Part shown: one piece after another, positions 29,221-43,184 of the stretch
How the letters are laid out: each line of letters opens with the position of its first letter
Position numbering within the stretch: position 1 is the stretch's first letter
From: the human T2T-CHM13v2.0 reference genome, Homo sapiens
Length of the DNA: 64,000 nt
Assembly: GCF_009914755.1 (NCBI RefSeq)
Contig: NC_060928.1
Strand: one strand, 5' to 3'
The notes under the pieces: generated by a model
The model's database searches: none
What the model saw: the letters and a program-made list of their open reading frames with translations, nothing else
Told to the model about the DNA's origin: nothing
Translations under genes and position numbers: made by a program

Positions 29221-29915
29221 ATTTTAATCTTTACTATTAATGTGATTTATCTCTGAGGGAAGAGATTCTACATTTTTCTTTGTATCTTCTGTATAGCCTA
29301 AAAGGTGATTATATAGAATATTAATGGAAATTAAATGCTGGGAGCTTGGAAGTGGATAATATAAAATTGGATCTTCTCTTGGTACCAGTAAGCAAATATA
29401 ACCCAAATTACAACAAGACACTTTTCTAGATGGCAATATCAGAATATGACCAAGTCAAGGTCATATTAACAAAAATCAATATGAACATACGATTGTCAAG
29501 GTTAGACTCAAAGCCAAGTGAAACTTGATTATGTCTGGGCTTGCAATACAGAAATGGGTTCAAAAGTGTAAAGTAAACGGGTTCCAGAAAGAGAAAAGAT
29601 ACATTACGATGTGGCATTCCCTAAAGCCAGTGCTTTTCCTCTGCATAGCAATCAAATCCTACTTTAGCTGAAGTAGGAAGGGACTATTGAGTGCTTTGGA
29701 TAAAGTGGCCCCACTTGTGTTATTTTGAGAAATAATCAGTTAAGTGTCCTTTCTTATGATGTTACAAGTTAAGAGGTTCAAGTTATTGATTTAGGGTATT
29801 TCAAATTGCACAATATGAAAGCAGGAAATTTCTTTCTACTTTCGCTAGAACATATTTTTCAAAATGTCACTATAAGGTGACATCACCTAACGGCCTACTT
29901 CTTACTTTGCTGAAT

Positions 29916-29988
29916 AACATAGAAGTGTTTAAAATACATTCAGTAGAATATGGCTTTTAAACATAGAAGTGTTTAAAATACATTCAGT
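29916..29988. repeat. Perfect 29-bp direct repeat, period 44
   Basis: AACATAGAAGTGTTTAAAATACATTCAGT at 29916-29944 and 29960-29988. Confidence 0.95.
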
Positions 29989-30884
29989 GGAAGTCCTGAT
30001 GTTATGCCTATTTTATGCTGCATCATTCAGATCTTTTCTGCTCCCATTTAACACTGGCTTCTGGTTTATTAACACACCTTAATTTTAAGAGAATGGACAT
30101 TATAACCTGTGTACTAATTAGGAAAAAAATTATGCAACAGAGTTGGTTAGAAATATTATTTAAACTTGGAGAGAAAAGACTTATTTTGAAGAATAACATA
30201 CCAACTTTGTCCTGACCAGACTTACTTATAAAAAATTGCTAAATTGACCTACCATTAGACCTTAAATTATATCTATAGGTAGACACCTGAAATTAACTTT
30301 CAATATCAACTTCTCCTTAACCAGAGTGTTGAGGAAAATGGGTTCAAATAGGTGACTTGGTTAATGTTCCATTTCTGCTGTTTTCCTTTTTTCTTCACAT
30401 CTTTTCCATCTTTTTTTACAGTTTTGTTTCCTGTTTTTGTGCATTAGGGGAGGAAGGGAGAAAGGATGAGCGAGGACTTTCATACTGTTTCTGCAACAAG
30501 CCATGCAAATTAGTTATTGTTTCTAATATGGAGGCTTTAAGCAAATCTTTGTATAAGCCAAAAATTTGAACACCTACCCAGAGGCTTTATGGAAGGAATA
30601 TATACAGGTCTCCTTAAGAGTTGAAGGAGTTACATTCTGAAAAGAAGGAGTAAATATAACTATCATCTGGGGAAAAGGCACATCAAGGTCATGAACAAAC
30701 ACCTTGGGATTATTTGCCTGCGTATTTCTGGGTGATGTGGCTGAAGAAATGAGTTGATTATGGGGATTAAGGCATTGAAATTACTTTCCCTCATCCCTTT
30801 CCCCATTTTCTTAACCAGAAGACTAGGTTATGTGTAGAAGACACAGAATACATAATAAGGCATGAAGATTCAGTATGCACGAAG

Positions 30885-31080
30885 TCGAGAACTAAGGCTG
30901 TAAATTCAGATAAGCCTGGGTTAGAATATTAGACATAACACTTCCTAGTTAAGAAATTTGGGATACATAATTTCACCTCTGTGCCTCACTTTTAATATCT
31001 ATAAAATGAGGATGATAATAGTAACTTTAGACTGCTTAATCACTACTTAACATTTTAAATAAATATATGGAAGGTATTAT
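30885..31080 (+). mobile_element. MIR SINE
   Basis: CCTGGGTTAGAAT..CACCTCTGTGCCTCACTTTT..ATCTATAAAATGAGGATGATAATAGTA. Confidence 0.7.
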
Positions 31081-32403
31081 CTTGCTAAAGAAGTAACAAT
31101 CATAAAAGACACTCAAGTATGAGCAAATGGTGTGGGAGTAACTCCCAGTGCATCTTCTGTTTCAGTAATCCAGTTTTGTTCTTTTCCTTCTTCAGCAGCC
31201 CCTTTGCAATAAAGCAAGACCATGAGGATTATTGACCAACGAAAGGGACAAAAGCATCATAGAGTAGAAGAGAGTACCACATGGAGAAACATTCAACCAT
31301 CATGAAGAGGAAGTTGACAGCCTTTCTACTTATCATCAGTAGATAAGCCTATCTACTGCTTACAGATACCCATGGAGAAATCAATAGTGTAGTGAAAAAA
31401 ACAGACACTAGTTAACTGGTTTCTTTCTTTGAGTAAAAGGCTGGAATTCTTTAAGGTGTGTTACAAATAAAAGGAATCATAGGCTTACATTTTTTGAAGA
31501 AAAAACTCCAGGGTAACAAACTTGCTATTCATTCATTCAGGGTATTTACCTGGAAAGTCCACCATTAAGCTACATGCTCAGCCTGGTGCCAAACCCAAAA
31601 AGACACAGGAAAGTAGGTTAGAAATGGCTGAAGGAGGTGACTACATAGGTGTTGAGTGCCAGTCTTCTCAGATACTTCATGGAATGAGAGTATCCAGAAG
31701 TTACTGAGTCCTCCCTAGTGGGCTTTAGTGAGCTGGCTGGAAAACTCATCAGAGATAACCACCATGAAATATGAAGTGACCCTGGAGCAAAGGCCATCAC
31801 ACTTTCCAAACTTGGATTGCAAGAGAGTCATTGCTGTAACTTGGGGCATCCGAAGTACCAGTCAAAGCAAAAATGGGGTGCCTAGTCAGAGAGATATGGC
31901 CAAGTTCCCTGGAAAAGCACCATGTCTTGCCCTTCTCAAAGAGAACAGACCATGAGTAAATGACTCATGGACGCTTCAGCAGAAAGTGCGTTAACAACAG
32001 AGGCTAAATCACAGAGACATGCCAAGTCTCCTGAGGTAGAAGAAGATGGCACACAGAGGTCAGCCCCGTACCCAATGCTATGAAGTTATACATACTTCTC
32101 CCTATATTCAGACACAGGATTTTGTAAATGAGGATAAGATGAGGCAGCCCTCAAGTGAGGAAAAATAAGCTTGATAAGGAGTTTAAATTTTGAGATGACT
32201 GAATATTTACTGGAAAGAAACTGTTGTAAACTGCATGTGATAAAGTCATGTTTAGTTAGAAATTTTAAGTACATTTTGTCCATTAAGAAATGGAAGTTCT
32301 AGCACAAAAGGAGATGGATGATGAAAAGTCAATAAAATTGCATTCAATTCTAGTTTATCTTATTCATTTTGATGATAAATGTTTTTTAAAATACCCAATA
32401 TAG

Positions 32404-32780
<377 letters not shown>

Positions 32781-33014
32781 TCACACTTTGGAGGACTGGC
32801 TGGGCTCTCCAGCTGCACTGGTCACTGCAGCAAGCACCAGTGAGGTGGAACGAGAATCTCTGGGTGCTTCCTGAGTGTCTTACATATTTTTAATGAGATG
32901 ATGGAGCACCTTGAAGAAATCTAGCACACAAAGATCAGGACTGCACCTCCTCTAGCAGAGAAGCAAGGATTTCAGATTGGACAGACTTCTGTGGTGACAG
33001 GGTACAACAGGTAC

Positions 33015-33753
33015 TATCTTAGTGTACTTTATATTGCTTATAACATGATATCTGAAACTGGGTAATTTATAAAGAAAATGAATTAATTTTTTACATTTTT
33101 GGAGGCCATGAAGTCCAAGGTTGAGGATGTGCATCTGGTGAGAGTCTTCTTGCTGGTAGGGAATTTTATTTTTCCTTTTTTTTTTTTTTGTGAGACAGAG
33201 TCTCGCTCTGTTGCCCAGGCGCTATCTCAGCTCACTGCAAGCTCTGCCTCCGGGGTTCACGCCATGCTCCTGTCTCAGCCTCCCAATTAGCTGGGACTAC
33301 AGGCATCCGCCACCACACCCAGCTAATTTTTTTGTATTTTCTAGTAGAGACAGGGTTTCACCGTGTTAGCCAGGATGGTCTCGATCTCTTCACCTTGTGA
33401 TCCGCCCGCCTCAGCCTCCCAAAGTGCTGGGATTACAGGCGTGAGCCACCGCGCCCAGCCCTGTTAGGGGCTTTTTGCAGCACCCCCTAGTAGCACAGGG
33501 CATGACATGCGAAGGGGGCTGAGTATGCTAACATTCTAGCTCAGGTCTCTCTTCCTTTCCTCATAAAGCCATCAGTTCTACTCCCATAGTAAGCCATTAA
33601 TTTATTAATCCATTAACTATGAATGAATTAATTTATTCATGAGGGCAAAGACCTCATAACCCAATTATCTCTTAAAAGCCCTAATGCTCAATCTTACTAC
33701 ATGGGAGACTAAGTTTCAACATGAGTGTGGGAGAGGGCATTTAAACCATAGCA
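33015..33753 (-). mobile_element. MST-family MaLR solo LTR interrupted by AluY
   Basis: TATCTTAG..CTGGGTAATTTATAAAGAAAA..GAAGTCCAAGGTTGAG; 3' part TTCATGAGGGCA..TTTCAACATGAG..AAACCATAGCA. Confidence 0.88.
33168..33460 (-). mobile_element. AluY SINE
   Basis: Antisense AluY (CTGCAAGCTC, GTTCACGCC, GTTAGCCAGGATGG) with a small deletion near the tail; TSD CTGGTAGGGAATTTT / CTGTTAGGGGCTTTT. Confidence 0.96.
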
Positions 33754-34018
33754 TGCACATGCTAGGAATCAGTTAAGAGTCTAGTTCTCACTATTTCTTG
33801 GGGAAAGAAGACACACAAGAATCCAAGAGATATTCTCCATTGTTTGATTTTTGTCTCACTTCCCTCGAAGTCCTCAACTTATTTAATATATTTCATATGT
33901 ATTTTTCATTTTCTTCCAAATACAAAATCAAATAATAACATACTCCATTTAGCAAACCTAGAATATAATAAAAGAATAGTAAACAGAGTAAAAACACCTA
34001 GTATGATTCACTACCTTA

Positions 34019-34426
34019 TGCTATGGTTTGGATGTTAAACCATTTGGATGTTAAAATTTGATCCCCAATATTGGAGGTGGGGATTAATGGGAGGTGTTTG
34101 GTCATGGAGCTGGATCCCTCATGGATAGGTTAATGTCCTCCCTCAGGGGTGACTATTACTTTCTGCAAAAGCTTGTTGTTAGAAAGAGCCTGGCACCTCC
34201 CTGATTTCTCTTTTGCTTCCTTTCTCATCATGTGGTCTCTTGCACACACACACCAGCTGCTCTTCACCTTTGGCCATGAGTGGAAGAAGCTTGAAGCCCT
34301 CACCAAATGCAGATGCCAATCTTGAACTTTTCAATTATTAGAACTATGAGTCAAATAAGCCTTTTTTCTTTATACATTGCTTGGCCTCAGGTATTCCTTT
34401 ATGACAACACTAAGTGGTTCAGGGCA
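34019..34426 (+). mobile_element. MSTB-like MaLR solo LTR
   Basis: TGCTATGGTTTGGATG..ATCCCCAATATTGGAGGTGGGG..GCCTCAGGTATTCCTTTAT. Confidence 0.88.
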
Positions 34427-34516
34427 TCCTCATTCCTCATTCCATGAATTCTATTTTACATAACTGAGATCATAATTTGTAGTAATTGTTATGCCATTTA
34501 AAAGTCTCATTTCACT

Positions 34517-35256
34517 GCAAATCAAAATCACAATGCAATATCACCTTACTCCTGCAATAATGGCCTTAATCAAAAAATAAAATAATAGATATTGGTGTGA
34601 ATGTGGTGAAGAGAGAACACTTTTACACTGTTGGTCAGAACGTAAACTAGTACAACCACTGTGGAAAACACTATGGAGTTTCCTTAAAGAACTAAAAGTA
34701 GATCTACCATTTGATCCAGCAATCCCACTGCTAGATATCTACCCAGAGAAAAAAGAAGTCACTTTACAAAAAAGATACTTGCACATGCATGTTTATAGTA
34801 GCACAATTTGCAATTGCAAGAATATGGAACCAGCCCAAATGCCCATCAATCAATGAGTAGATAAAGAAAATGTGGTATATATTTATATACCATGGAATAC
34901 TACTCAGCTATAAAAAGGAACAAAATAATGGCATTTGCAACAACCTGGATGGAATTGAAGACTAATCTTGTAAGTGAAGTATCTCAGGAATGGAAAACAA
35001 ACATTGTATGGTCTCATTTATAAGTGGGAGCTAAGCTGTGAGAACTCAAAGACCTAAGAATGATACAATGAGCTTTGGGGACTTAGGGGGAAGTGAGGGA
35101 GGGGGTGAGAGATAAAACACTACACATTGGGTACAGTGTATGCTCCCTGGGTGATGGGTGCACCAAAATCTCAGAAATCACCACTAAAGAACTTTTCCAT
35201 GTAACCAAACACCACCTGTTACCTAAAAGCCTATAGAAATAAAAAATAAATTTAAA
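34517..35256 (+). mobile_element. L1PB 3' fragment
   Basis: ORF2 C-terminus plus L1PB 3'UTR (GGGTGATGGGTGCACCAAAATCTCAGAAATCACCAC); TSD AAAAGTCTCATTTCACT / AAAAGTCATATTTCACT at 34500-34516 and 35257-35273. Confidence 0.95.
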
Positions 35257-35459
35257 AAAAGTCATATTTCACTTAACAATATATTATAAACATTTTGTCT
35301 TTTTATTTCATTTTATAGGAGGCTTTCCCTTGAGGAGAATTTTTAGAAACAAATTCTAAGACAGAATTTTCCTAGGGTATCAGTGCTTGGGTTTTCCCTA
35401 GAATTTCGGAAGCATCAAGCCATGAAGCTGAAGAATAAGTTTAAGAATAGGTTTAAGAA

Positions 35460-35830
35460 TAGGTTCTTAGTTTTGGCCAAACATCAAGATTGAATTAACA
35501 TTCAAGGATAATATTGAGATGCTTTAATGAGAGACACTAGGGAGGGGACTAGGAAAGGCTGGTAGGGCCATGTGAGCAACATTCAGGTCTCACATATGAG
35601 GAAGAGAGAAACAGTTGAGGGAAATGTCCTTGACTGCTATAGAGGAGAGTTGTTGGGCCATCAGAGAAACCCTGGTCAGCCTTAGTTGCTCCCCATATCC
35701 CCTACCTCCCGCCTCACTGGCTGGTAGTAGCACCATGAGTGGCATGTCCTTTGGGCACACCAGGTGATGGATTTTAAAGCTCAGAAGTTTTATCTCAAAG
35801 TCAGTTACGGTCCCCACATTTTGGTCTGCC
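35460..35830 (-). mobile_element. Old MLT1-type LTR remnant
   Basis: Weak similarity (GGAAAGGCTGGTAGGGCC..CAGGTCTCACA..GTCCTTGACTGC). Confidence 0.35.
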
Positions 35831-36837
35831 GGGGATATTCTTTTACCCGCCAACTCGTCCTTTAGAGCTGAAGAAAGGGCATTTAGGAGTTTCTCACAGA
35901 TTTCTCACCAGTTTATTTTTGAACCAAATATCCTTTACTTTAGGAAAATCATCAAAATAATCTTTAATGTTGGTTGAAGCCATTATGTAAAAATATAATT
36001 TTTGGCATACTAAAAGAATTGAGCAATGATAAGTAAAGGCTTGCTTTATATTTAAGACGAGAAGAAAGGTGAGTTTTTGAAGCCCTATTCTAATGGCCCC
36101 GGCCTTCACCTTTACATTTCAAAACTTGAAGTACATTTTTACATACTCTCAATCACCTTTGCTTCCCTTCTACAACTTTATCTCAGACATCTTTATTCTT
36201 TTCTACACATTTCCTCTATGTTTGAGCAGCTTTTCTGTCCTGCTGGCTTGGTGGCTGCTTGTGTTTGTGTATAATTGTAACTCTTACCTGCAAGCACCTC
36301 TTTGAGTCTTTAAAGTCTTCTCAGTGTTTCTGCTGCTGTTGAAGTCTATTGTTAAGCTATCCAGTGCTACAAAGCAAAAGCTTCTGGGGGTCTGCTGCTG
36401 AGAGGCATTACACACTGCATGCTTTTGTGTATAAGGTGATTTGCTCTTTCAAATGACTTTTCTAGTAGAAATAATGTTTTGAAGCCAGAGAAAGGGCATT
36501 TAAATTTTTCACAGATTTCTGGTTATAGGAATAGTAGTACCAACTTATCTTTGGGAAAAAAAACTCCTTGACTTTGGGAAAATCATTAAAATGGGTATTT
36601 TATTTACAATAATGTTAAAGAAGCAATGTTCCCTTGTTCTTAGAAAGAATTATAAAGTCAAAACTACTCTGAAGGCAGTTGGTTGAAACTAAAACTATGG
36701 AAGAGTTTTCCTTAGTCATTTAAATATGATATACATTTAGCAGAACGGTGCCCTTGAAGTTTTAAGAATGTTTCTCTAAATGATATAAATACCTAACACC
36801 CTCTGAACTCTCTGAATTCTTAACATTCTCTGAACTC

Positions 36838-36909
36838 TTCTCTCCTTCCTCCTCCCTCCCTTCCTCCCTCCCTTTCTTCCTTCCTTCTTTCCTTCTTTCT
36901 TTCCTTCCT
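36838..36909. repeat. (CCTT/CCCT)n polypyrimidine tract
   Basis: CCTCCCTCCCTTCCTCCCTCCCTTTCTTCCTTCCTTC... Confidence 0.9.
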
Positions 36910-37536
36910 ATTTTTACAATATGGCTCTTGTGTTAGTCCAATCATTTTCTCAAAGACATTTTATGAACAGCACATGTCTGTGTAGATAGACCTGATGCTA
37001 CATGTCTCAAAGTTCCCAAAACTAGCTGGTAAAAAGAAGATGGACCCGAATGCTGGGATGTTATTCATGATGCTCATTTTCAATGACTCTTCAGAATTTA
37101 AAAATTTTCCTGTCGTATAATATGATTTTCTCTCAGCCACTTTTCTGCTTCTAAGGAAAGCAATATCTATTCCCACTATCAATCCCTCTGTGGTGGGAAA
37201 TTAACTGGGTCTTGGAATTGAGAAGTAATAACTGTCATCTAGCTCTAGGTCCAAAGAGACCTGGGAGCCATGGATCTCAGTTAAGATGGAGATTTCCCAG
37301 AATCCCTATTGGTGAGAATTGGACAGACTTCCAGCAATTGGAAACTCAAAGATCATTTTTCTAGTTCCATATATACACATTTCCCAACATTGTATTTTCT
37401 TATCTAACTTTTGGTAAAGTCCTATATTAAAGGGCCATTTTCCCTGTTTCTTCTGTATAAACCACTGTTCGTTTTCTCATTTGAACATTTCTTCCAGTTA
37501 TAAGTTTTGATTTTGGGACTTTGACAGTAATAAATA

Positions 37537-37538
<2 letters not shown>

Positions 37539-37577
<39 letters not shown>
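37539..37577. repeat. (GT)19 microsatellite
   Basis: Uninterrupted GT run. Confidence 0.98.
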
Positions 37578-37578
<1 letters not shown>

Positions 37579-38258
37579 ATGTGTATACATGTACATATAA
37601 ATATACCCACTTAATATGTTCTGATTACATAGAATTTCCATTTGTATGTTAAGTTCGGGTATGCAAATCTAAACCCTTCATCTCACTCTCTTTTCCACTC
37701 TTGTATCTCAATATATATATGCTGGAACAGGTTAGAATACTAAAAAAGAGTACTAATAGATGGTAATATATACAACATGGATTAATATAATAAAACTTTT
37801 TTTGTAAATTCAAGATCTAAAGGACCATTCTAACATCTACCTTTTAGTATTGCCTCTTACATAAACATTTTTTATATTGATTGATACATAAAAATTGTAC
37901 ATATTTATGGGGTACATATGAGATTTTGATATGTGCATACAATATGTAATTATCAAATCGGGGTATCTAGGATATACATAATCTCAAACATGCATCATTT
38001 CTTTGCATTGGGAACATTTAAATATCCCCTTCTAGCTATTTTGCAATATATAATAAATTCCTGTTAGCTGTACTCACACTATTGTGCTATCAAACACTAG
38101 AACTTATTTCTTCTATCTAACTGTATGTTTATACCCATTAACCAACCTCTTCTTATTGCCCTCTATCCCCTTCCCAGCCTCTGGTAACTATACTTCAGCT
38201 CTTTGCCTTCATGACGTCAAATTTATTTTAGCACCCACATATGATTGAGAACATGTAA

Positions 38259-38633
<375 letters not shown>

Positions 38634-39359
38634 GATTTTGTCCTTCTTTATGGCTGAACGGTATTCCATTGTATATGTATATCATATTCTCTTTATCCCT
38701 TCATCCTTGGGGGCAGTTAGATTGACTCCATTATCTTTGCTAGTGTGAATAGTATGCAGTAAACATGGGTGTGCAAGTATCCTTTAATATACTAATTTAT
38801 TCTCCTTTGGACAAATACCCAGTGGTGGAATTGCTGAATCATACAGCAGTTCTATTTTTTGAGGATCCTTCTGTTTTCCATAGTAGCTAAAGAGTTTGAG
38901 TAGAATTGGTGTTAGTTCGTCTTTAAATGTTTAGTAGAATTTAGCAGTGAAGCCATTAGTTCCTGGGCTTTTCTTTGGTGAGAAACTTTTTATTAAAGCT
39001 TCAATTTTATTACTTATTATTGGTTTGGTGAGGCTTTTAAAAAATATTTTCATAGTTCAATCTTGGTAAATTTTATATGTCCATGAATTTATCCATTTCT
39101 TCTAGATTTTCCAATTTGTTGGCATATAATTGTTCATAATAGTCACTAATTATTCATTGTATTTCTCTCATATCAGCTGTAATTTTTCTCCTTTGTTTCT
39201 GATTTTCTTTACTTGGGGCTTCTCTCTTTGTTTATTGGTTGGACTCACTAGTAGTTTATCAATTTTATTTCTCTTTTCAAAAATCCAACTTTTCACTTTG
39301 TTGATCCTCTGTGGTTTTTTATTCTCTATTTTACTTATTTCTCCTTTTATCTTTATTAT

Positions 39360-39671
39360 GTATTTATTTGTTTTTTATTTTGGAGACAAGGTCTCGCTTT
39401 GTTTCTCAGGCTGGAGTGGTGCAGTGGCATGATCACAGTTCACTGCAGCCTTGACTTCCTGAGCTCAAGCAATACTCCCACTTCAGGCTCCTGAATAGCT
39501 AGGACTGCAGACACATGCCACCACACCCAGATAACTTTTTGGTTTTTTTTTTCTAGAGATGAGGTTTCACCATGTTGCCCAGGTTGATCTCAAACTCCTG
39601 AGTTCAATCAATTTGCCCATCTTGGCCTCCCAATGTGCTGGGATTACAGGTGTGAGCCACCACGCCCAGCT
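39360..39671 (-). mobile_element. AluJ SINE
   Basis: CACTGCAGCCTTGACTTCCTGAGCTCAAGC J-type diagnostics; TSD ATCTTTATTAT at 39349-39359 and 39673-39683. Confidence 0.95.
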
Positions 39672-41380
39672 CATCTTTATTATTTTTTTCTTCTATTAAT
39701 TTGGATTTTTGTTTGTTCTTGCTTTTCTGATTCTTTGAGGTGCATCAAGTTGTTTATTTGAAATCTTTCTACTTTTTAATGTGTTCACTTACTGATATAA
39801 ACTTCATTCTTAGCACTGTTTTTGCTGTGTCCATTGGTTTCAGTATTTTATGTTTCCCTTTTATTTTAAAATATATTTTTTTAAATTTTCCTCCTAATTT
39901 CTTCATTGGCCCAATGGTCATTCAGGAGCATGCTGTTCAATTTTTAGGTGCTTGTATAGTTTCTAAAATTCTTGTTATTGATTTTCAGTTTTGTTCTATT
40001 GTAATCTGAGAAGATCCTTGATATAATTTGGGCTTTAAAAAATTTGTTAAGACTTGTTTTGTGAGCTCATGTAAGGTCTATCCTAGAAAATGTTCCATAT
40101 GCTGATGAGAGGAATGTGTACTCTGCAGATGTTGCAAAAACTGTTCTGTGAATGTCATTTGGTCTAAAGTGCATTTATATCCAATGTTTCATTACTTCCT
40201 GTATAGATGATCTGTCTGATGTAGAGAGTAGGGTGCTGAAATCACCAATTATTATTTTATTTAAGTCTATCTCTCCATTTGACCTAATAATATTTGCTTT
40301 ACATCTGGGTACTGTAGTGTTGGGTAAATATGTATTTATAACTGTTATATTATCTTGCCCTTTATTATTATGTAATGAAATACTTTGTCTCTTTTTGCAG
40401 TTTTTGACTTAAAATCTGTTTTATCTCATATAAATATAGGTACTCCTGCTTCCTTTTGGTTTCTGTTTGTGTGGAATATTTTTTTTTCCATCGCTTCACT
40501 TTGAGCCTGTATGTGTCTTAGCAAGTGAAGTGAGTTTCTTGTAGGCAGTGTATAATTGGATTATATTTTTCATTCATTCAGCAAGTTTGTATCTTTTAAC
40601 TGGGGAATTTATTCCATTCACATTCAAGGGTATTATTGATAGATGAGGACTTATTCCTGTGATTTTGTTAATGGTTTTCTGTTTGTTTTGTATAACCTTT
40701 GTTTCTTTCTTTATCACTTATTTTCATTGTGGTTTCATGGTTTTATGTGGTGGTAATGCCTAACTCCTTCCTCTTTCTCATTTGCATATCTGCTCTACAA
40801 CTGAGTTTTATCCTTTTGTATATTTTGTATATCCTTTTGTCCTTCATGCTGGTAGATATCATTCTTTCATTTCCAGATGTAGGACTTCCAAAAGTATTTC
40901 TTGAAGGGCCAATCTAATGGTAATAAATTCCCTCAGTTGTTGATGGTCTGCATAAGGCTTTATATCTCCTTCATTTTTGAAGAATAATTTTGCTGGGTAT
41001 AATAGTCTTGACTGACAGGGTTTTTTTATAAGCACTTTGAATATTTCATGCCATTCTGTCTTGGCCTGTAAAGTTTCTTCTGAGGAATTTGCTGTTAGTC
41101 TGTTTGGGCTTCCCTTATATATGACTTGACCTTTTTCTCTGGCTGTTTTTAGAAATCTTTCTTTGATATTTGACAGTTTGATTATAATGTGCTTTGGAGA
41201 AGACCTTTAGGGTTTTACCTATTTGGGAATTTTCTAGCTTCTGTATCTGGATGTTTATATCTCTTGATAGATTTGGGAAGTTTTCATTATTTTTTCAAAT
41301 ACATTTTCTAAGCCTTGCCTGTCTCTTCTTCTAGAATTCTCAAAATTTGAATATTTTCACTTTATGGTGGCCTATATATG

Positions 41381-41579
41381 ACAACCATTTATTATGTCTC
41401 ATGAGTTAATGGGGTGCCTGAGTAGTTTCCAGGATCTAGCTGACAACTTGTAGGTAGACTTAAAGCTGGCTGTTCTGGCATGGATTCAGAAAGAATGCCT
41501 TGGCACTACTGTAGGTGATTTATTTTCTTCTAGCAGTTTAGACTGTACTTATTCACATGGCAGCTGTAGAAATTCAAAA
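41381..41579 (-). repeat. About 200-bp copy of the MLT1 LTR segment at 45554-45751, inserted in L1
   Basis: Manual alignment gives about 30 differences in about 199 bp; L1 sequence resumes on both sides. Confidence 0.93.
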
Positions 41580-42953
41580 TTCAGGTAGGCTTTCTTTATT
41601 CTTTTTTCTTCTTTGTTTTTCTTCCTACTGGGTTATTTCAAAAGATGTATCTTCAAATTCAGAAATTCCTTCTTCTTTTTGATCTACTCTGTTGTTGAAG
41701 CTCTCAATTGTATTTTTTATTTTATTCAATGAGTTCTTCACTTCCAGGATTTCTGTTTTGTTCTTTTTTATAGTACCTATCTCTTTGTTGAATTTCTCAT
41801 TTAAATCATTAATTGTTTTCCTGGTTTCTTTGTGTTGTTTATGTGTGCTCTATTGTATCTCACTGAGTTTCTTTAATATTATTATTTTGAATTCTTTTTC
41901 AGGCATTTAATAGACTTCCTTTTTGGTAGGATCTGTTACTGGAGAATTATTGTATTCCTTTGGGGGTGTCCTGTTTCCTTGCTTTTTTATGTTTCTTGTG
42001 TCCTTACTTTGATATCTGCATGCCTGGTATAACAATTACTTCTTCCAATTTTTATGGACTGGAAGGAGAAAGACTTTTTGTAAGGAAAAACTTTTTCCAA
42101 TAGATGTACTTATAGTGTTAGTTAGATAGGGTTCTTTGGCTTTGTTTCTGGGTAGGTGCAGTAGTGTAGTCTGCATATGATTTCTTCTGCTGCAATTGCT
42201 GTTAGTTGGGTCTATAACTTCCTCAGTGGCTTAGGCTGTGGTTGTTAGTGGAGTCTGTGGTGAAGCTTTGCTGGGGACAAGGATGCCAGACACAGATGGT
42301 GTTGATGGCAGGCCAGACATGCCAGTCCTCAGGCCCCCAGGTGGTGCATGCAGGCACTGTCAGTGGTAGGTCCAGCATGGCTGCCCTTAGGCCTTCAAGC
42401 ACCTTGCTCAGGTGCTAACAGTGGTAGCAGTGACCTGGGAGAGTGATCAGACTCTTGATCCCCTGGATGCCATGTGTTACATCAGATGTGGCAGTAGCAG
42501 TGATGCACCAACCTTGAAGCCCCCAGTGGTGCACATGGGTGCCACTGATGGCAGTAGTGGGCTGTTCTACCTTGTCCCCACACTCCTGGGAGGCACACAT
42601 AGGTGCTGGCAGTAGATGAAGTGGGCCTATTCCCAGACCCCAGGCAGTGCGTGCAGGCAGCAGTGGCAGGCCAAGTAGCCTTATCCTCAGGCTCCCAGGA
42701 GGCATGTACAGGCACTGGTGATGATGAATGAGGTTGGTCAATCGCCAGGCCCCTGGACAACATGCTTAGGTACCACCAGTGGTGACAGCAGTCAGGGCAA
42801 GATACATAAGCATTTTTACAGATATAGTGAATTGAATTGAGGTTATTGCATTGGATGCAGAACTCTGTATATCATGAAGCATGGCCAAAAATGTGTGTTG
42901 GGAGAATAGGTCTGGTAATGCTGGGGTGACAGTTTATCCTGTTGAATGTAGTA

Positions 42954-43184
42954 CAGTAGTTCTCAATGTGGATGATTTTTAAATCCCCCAGGGATATTTG
43001 GTACTGTCTGGAGACATTTTAATTGTGACCACTGGATTCAGGAAAGCATTGCTACTGGAATCTACTGGGTAGAAGTGGGATAGGCTGCCAAATGAAACAA
43101 CCTAAAATGCAAAGAACAATCCAAACTCCCCCCAAGGAATTACCCAGCATGAAATGTCAATGGTGGCATAGTTGAGAAATCCTA
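42954..43184. mobile_element. MER20 hAT DNA transposon
   Basis: CAGTAGTTCTCAA..CCCCAGGGATATTTGG..TGTCTGGAGACATTTT..AAATGTCAAT..GTTGAGAAATCCT. Confidence 0.88.

Noticed and set aside
42300-42800. CRISPR-like repeat-spacer array, or the 93-108 aa ORFs here
   Set aside because: Eukaryotic context, degenerate units without unique spacers, and located inside a TSD-bounded L1
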